Source: Methanocellales archaeon (lineage in GTDB: Archaea > Halobacteriota > UBA148). Taken from it: 37,334 nt of DNA. Under the pieces are notes generated by a model. That model had not been told where the DNA came from. It saw only the letters and a program-made list of their open reading frames with translations, and did no database searches. Both the position numbers and the translations under genes were made by a program. The stretch spans positions 1 through 37,334 of the forward strand of contig JAAEEL010000020.1 in assembly GCA_013415795.1 (NCBI GenBank). The letters are read 5' to 3'. Positions 33,764-37,334 of the stretch are shown here, piece by piece (the first letter of the stretch is position 1; each line of letters opens with the position of its first letter).

Positions 33764-33861
33764 GCTCCGGTAGTGTAGTCCGGCCAAATTCAGCCAGAAC
33801 TGGAGGTCATTCATGCAGGACTCTCACTCCTGCGACTGGGGTTCAAATCCCCACCGGAGCA
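33764..33861 (+). tRNA. tRNA-Glu (anticodon CTC) with a 23-nt non-canonical intron in the D-loop
   Basis: Acceptor GCTCCGG/CCGGAGC, anticodon stem CAGGA/TCCTG with loop CTCTCAC, T arm TGGGG-TTCAAAT-CCCCA, discriminator A. Removing 33788-33810 (ATTCAGCCAGAACTGGAGGTCAT) restores the usual archaeal tRNA-Glu D arm GTGTAGTCCGGCCAATCAT. The insert folds into a bulge-helix-bulge. Confidence 0.8.
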
Positions 33862-34246
33862 TACGTATTATCGGAAAATGTCCTAAACCCTCTTTAAGGA
33901 TTTTGTTGATGAAAAACTCCTCAAGTAACCCCTCATCTAGTCTTTGTAGACCTTCTTCTCCCCGCCCATTATAAATCTCCTTTATCGATTAAAAGCACGT
34001 TCTGACGCCTCGACCTCTATCCACTCACGATTCCGCTGTACAAGATTGTTCAAATAATGATTAGAAAAAAGCTTGCTGTTCCGCATGAAACTCAGGCTTA
34101 ACTGGACCAGGGATATACCCCAATTATCCTACGATACTTCGTATATCCTATCTTAAACCCCTTTAAATATACGTTACCAAAATTTTGCCTATAAGTTAAT
34201 TTTTATAAAAAGAAAATAGCAAACCTTATGTTTTCATAAATCAAAC

Positions 34247-35902
34247 TTGAATTTAAAAATTAGATTTAGGGGCTTAATCTTGGATCTTGTTAAAATACCG
34301 GGCATAGGACCTAAAAAAGAAAAGGAACTTAGTAGCATTGGGGTCTTCACCGTAGAGGATCTGGCTAAGCGAAGTTTCTGGGATGATCGAGGAGAAGCCT
34401 ATTTTGGGCATAATTGGTGGGTACGCTTGGTTAGAGGGGCTAGGATGTCCGTTGGGCAGATTATCATAAATGATGTCAAAAAAATATCTCAAGACGAGAT
34501 CGTAATAGAAACGGATAAAACATATTCTGATGAAGAACTGATAAAAAAATCAGTTGCTAGTCTTCTCCATTCCCACGATTACTGGTTCTTGACGTCAATT
34601 AAGGAAGATATTAACTCGTACAGGGTAACCGTCTTGCCTGTTGAGAGCAGCAAGCACTATTTCACGAAATACATCATAACCAGCGCTGAATGCTTGATAG
34701 AGCAGATACGAAGAGGGAGAAATGGTGAAGAGACCAAAGATTTCACAGAAAAAGAAACTGCAAGAGATATGGAAGCTTCCCTAATGAACTATTTAAAAGG
34801 CCTGATGCCCAGAGAGAGAGACGTCAAGGACTTCGCCAAGTCCATGCAACTTAGCTCTCTCTGTGAGTACTTTGAAGAATACGGAGGAATGGCATCTATA
34901 GATGTTTTATTGTCATGGGCTCAGCTTTTCGGTATTGCAGACGTAGATGTACTGAAGCCTAATGGCGAGAAGTTGACCACCACGGGCTTTCACCTGGCAT
35001 ACTTCGGTGATGTTGGAACTGGGAAGACATATTCCAGCATCGATTTCGTTATGGGCAACGAGAGAATCGGACTGGAACCTCACGGTATTCCTGGAAGATA
35101 CAGATACTGTGGAGGTATAACTCCCTATATGTTTATTCAAATGGGGCAGTATTATGAGGGAGATAAGATGGTGTTCCTCGTTCCAGAGTTCAACGACTGG
35201 TTCTTTCATGAAAAAGGGATGGTCGAGAGGTTGAAGCTAGCGATGGAGCAAAAACCTCTGAAGTATGAGTCGTCTCGCGAAACCATAGGACCTTATGTTT
35301 TTACCTCCTTCTTTAACGCGAACTACAACGTCAAGATAAAGAAGAAAGGGTATAAGCTCACTGTTTCCGACCCGAACTTTAACGCCATCGAAGACAGGTG
35401 TTTCTGCAGACTTCATAAGATGACTAAGCAAAGGTTCTTGGATATTATCGATTCAATAGAAAAACACACACTTGGTACGAACAAGGAAATAAAGATTACA
35501 CCCGACCAGATAAGAGATCATGCAACGCTCCTCTACTCGATAAATACCGGACTGATCAACCACTACAAGCCATCAAAAGTCCAGTTCTCAGAGGAACAAA
35601 TAAGTACCATCATGTCAGCCATCAAAATATTTGCAGAGGAGTATATGGGTGATGGGAAGCTCATAAATGCTTCTCCGAGATCCATCTATAAATGCCTACA
35701 ACTTGCATCTACTTTGACGTTGCCCTTTTACTTCACCGCCAAGGCCATAGAATCCCCTAGCCATCGGATACTATTGGTTGAGGATAGGGCATTAAATATG
35801 GCTGTTGAGATTATGATTGAGGAGCTAACCGTTAGGATGCTAAAAGATTCCTCTCCGGAGAACGTAAAGGAGACCGTTCTTCCGAAGTTATTCGATGGCT
35901 AG
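34247..35902 (+). CDS. Hypothetical HhH + AAA+ ATPase (MoxR/MCM/Lon-BrxL-like clade), function unknown
   Basis: 551-aa ORF with a TTG start (an in-frame TTG at 34280 after AGGGG is an alternative). N-terminal helix-hairpin-helix VKIPGIGPKKEKELSSIGVFTVEDLA. Walker A GDVGTGKT (35006-35029). Walker B-like MVFLVPEF. Box VII-like AIEDRCF. Sensor-2-like ASPRSIYKCLQLA. Confidence 0.7.
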   Translation: MNLKIRFRGLILDLVKIPGIGPKKEKELSSIGVFTVEDLAKRSFWDDRGEAYFGHNWWVRLVRGARMSVGQIIINDVKKISQDEIVIETDKTYSDEELIKKSVASLLHSHDYWFLTSIKEDINSYRVTVLPVESSKHYFTKYIITSAECLIEQIRRGRNGEETKDFTEKETARDMEASLMNYLKGLMPRERDVKDFAKSMQLSSLCEYFEEYGGMASIDVLLSWAQLFGIADVDVLKPNGEKLTTTGFHLAYFGDVGTGKTYSSIDFVMGNERIGLEPHGIPGRYRYCGGITPYMFIQMGQYYEGDKMVFLVPEFNDWFFHEKGMVERLKLAMEQKPLKYESSRETIGPYVFTSFFNANYNVKIKKKGYKLTVSDPNFNAIEDRCFCRLHKMTKQRFLDIIDSIEKHTLGTNKEIKITPDQIRDHATLLYSINTGLINHYKPSKVQFSEEQISTIMSAIKIFAEEYMGDGKLINASPRSIYKCLQLASTLTLPFYFTAKAIESPSHRILLVEDRALNMAVEIMIEELTVRMLKDSSPENVKETVLPKLFDG

Positions 35903-36352
35903 CTCATCCAATACCATTTCTACCACTTGTTTCACCGCTTCATTCACTTTAGTCGTAAGCCCAATGGTGAAATTTTTTGTCCTCTCAATTTCAACACCGA
36001 TGATGATGATGTCTTCTGTTATTGACATGACTTTTTTTCCGATGTTTAGAACGTCAACTAAGCCAAGCTCATGCAATGAGAAGTATATCGAAGAAGGATC
36101 TGGAAGTTCTTTGTAAGTGAACCTATATATTTTACCAACCTCTGATCCTGAGCTCATGGCATCGATGATGATTACCTTGCCAGCATTTTCCATAAAACTG
36201 AGTAGACTAAGACTACCAGTACCTGCATCTATCAGCTCCACATGGACCGGCAGTTCTTTTCTCTTAAGTTCCTCTAAAACGTAAAAACCAAATCCATCGT
36301 CGCCCATCAAGGGATTTCCACAGCATAATACAACGGTTTTCAGAAGCCTCAC
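35888..36352 (-). CDS. hycI: Hydrogenase maturation endopeptidase (HycI/HyaD family)
   Basis: 154 aa with VVLCCGNPLMGDDGFG near the N-terminus, IIIDA mid-protein and a later His (SLHELG). It lies immediately downstream of hypE with no gap, and overlaps the convergent AAA+ gene by 15 nt. Confidence 0.8.
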   Translation of the reverse strand: MRLLKTVVLCCGNPLMGDDGFGFYVLEELKRKELPVHVELIDAGTGSLSLLSFMENAGKVIIIDAMSSGSEVGKIYRFTYKELPDPSSIYFSLHELGLVDVLNIGKKVMSITEDIIIIGVEIERTKNFTIGLTTKVNEAVKQVVEMVLDELAIE

Positions 36353-37334
36353 CTAGCATACCCTTGGAATTAGTTCCCCTAAAGGCGTTTCAACGTATCT
36401 CTTACCACCAAGTCCCGTTTCTAAGATTACCTTTTTTCTATGTTCTCCAATGACCTGACCTATTATTCTCGCTTCTTGACCATATTTTGTCTTTTTGATA
36501 GCCTTTAGAATGAGATCGGCACTATCTGGCTTCACGCCGATTACAGCTTTCCCTTCATTCGCAACATCCAAAGGATCGATTCCAAGCATCCCCGATGCTG
36601 ACCTAACGGCGTCTTTCAATGGAATCTGATCCTCTTTAATTAGTATCCCCACACCACTTTTCTTTGCCATCTCATTTAACGCAGACGACAAGCCGCCTCT
36701 TGTTGGGTCTTTCATTGCAGTTACTCCCCCAATATCCAAAGCCGCCTTTATCATGTTCCACAATGGAGCTGCGTCAGACTCTAGTTCAGTCTCAAACGAA
36801 AATCCTTCTCTGAACGCTAAGAGTGATATACCATGGTCTCCGACGGTTCCCGTGACGATGATCTTATCGCCAACATTTAGGCCTGAGTCGCGTATCAGTT
36901 GATCTGCAAAGCCAATACCAGATGTGTTAAGTACCAAATTGTCCAATGCACCCTTTTCCATTACCTTGGTATCACCAGTGATGATTGATACGCCTACTTC
37001 ATTGGCAATTTCATCCATAGACTGAACGATACGTTCCAGTTCCTTAATTGGAAACCCCTCCTCTACAATAATGCTGCTGGTCAAAGCAAGTGGACGAGCC
37101 CCCATGACTGCCAGATCATTTATGGTTCCACAAACTGCAATTTTACCAATATTACCACCCGGAAAGAATAATGGTTTGACAACATAGCTGTCTGTGGTGA
37201 GCACAACCTCTTTATCGCCTATGTAAACGGTTGATCCGTCATCAAGATCAGACAAGCCAACACTTCCAACACTGTGGTCAGACATGTTACTGAGTATCTT
37301 AGCTATTAACTCCTGCATGAGCACTCCTCCGGAA
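36353..37334 (-). CDS. hypE: Hydrogenase maturation protein HypE (5' end lies beyond the right window edge)
   Basis: KPLFFPGGNIGKIAVCGTINDLAVMGA, TGDTKV, GDHG and the C-terminal PRVC tail. The frame stays open upstream of the track's GTG start and reads ...SGGVLMQELI, matching the conserved HGSGG...M..LI HypE N-terminus. A few codons are therefore missing off-window. Confidence 0.9.
   Translation of the reverse strand, partial: SGGVLMQELIAKILSNMSDHSVGSVGLSDLDDGSTVYIGDKEVVLTTDSYVVKPLFFPGGNIGKIAVCGTINDLAVMGARPLALTSSIIVEEGFPIKELERIVQSMDEIANEVGVSIITGDTKVMEKGALDNLVLNTSGIGFADQLIRDSGLNVGDKIIVTGTVGDHGISLLAFREGFSFETELESDAAPLWNMIKAALDIGGVTAMKDPTRGGLSSALNEMAKKSGVGILIKEDQIPLKDAVRSASGMLGIDPLDVANEGKAVIGVKPDSADLILKAIKKTKYGQEARIIGQVIGEHRKKVILETGLGGKRYVETPLGELIPRVC

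Noticed and set aside
33862-34246. Integrated virus/plasmid or SSV-type split integrase at tRNA-Glu
   Set aside because: A minus-strand frame does read through the antisense of the tRNA 3' half (..GHFPIIRMLRWGFEP..). It is only about 54 codons, has no start codon and no integrase motifs. I found no second copy of the tRNA 3' end (no GGTTCAAATCCCCACCGGAGC repeat) and no recombinase anywhere in the window.
37325-37334. GGAGGAG at the right edge as a Shine-Dalgarno for a hypE start at GTG 37324 or ATG 37318
   Set aside because: The frame is open to the window edge, and these bases encode ...SGG, the conserved HGSGG motif of the HypE N-terminus. The gene is therefore 5'-truncated by the window rather than starting here.
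1-37334. CRISPR arrays, rRNA genes, IS elements/transposases, toxin-antitoxin pairs, restriction-modification genes
   Set aside because: I scanned both strands by eye for regularly spaced direct repeats, long inverted terminal repeats, DDE/HUH/tyrosine-recombinase motifs and small overlapping gene pairs typical of TA modules. None was found. The only repeats seen are the (TTAA)5 tract and two short palindromes reported above.

Overview
This window looks like an archaeal chromosomal segment. By eye it is about 40% GC, most genes are led by a Shine-Dalgarno sequence, and many neighbouring genes overlap by 1-15 nt. I count about 46 protein genes and three tRNA genes; two of the tRNAs carry introns. 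Most of the content is housekeeping. It includes a partial aRF1 (missing from the ORF track because the left edge truncates it), UMP kinase, phosphoglycerate kinase and an argF-purD-pyrE string. CDP-archaeol synthase sits divergent from a Tes/GDGT-MAS-type radical-SAM enzyme. A seven-gene folate/C1/purine string runs glyA-folD-MTHFS-purN-purH(AICARFT only)-folP(with extra C-terminal domain)-cofE-like. There is also an Sm-like protein, an NfnAB/SudAB-type oxidoreductase, a rhomboid protease, and hydrogenase maturation genes (hycI-like and hypE, with hypE running off the right edge). I saw no rRNA, CRISPR array, transposase or integrase. The items I rank highest are as follows. (1) An orphan 551-aa HhH + AAA+ ATPase follows a 385-bp non-coding gap next to tRNA-Glu. 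(2) That tRNA-Glu has a 23-nt bulge-helix-bulge intron in its D-loop. (3) There is a GTPase/DUF2073/Zn-ribbon cassette of unknown function. (4) An unlisted 48-aa cross-brace zinc-finger ORF is translationally coupled between carS and pyrE. (5) A CofE-like ligase and an extended FolP are embedded in the folate operon. (6) The conserved N-terminus of the nfnA-like gene has no canonical start codon. All family assignments rest on motif recognition from memory; no searches were run. The lineage guess (folate-using, hydrogenase-bearing euryarchaeote, possibly Thermoplasmata-like) is inference only.
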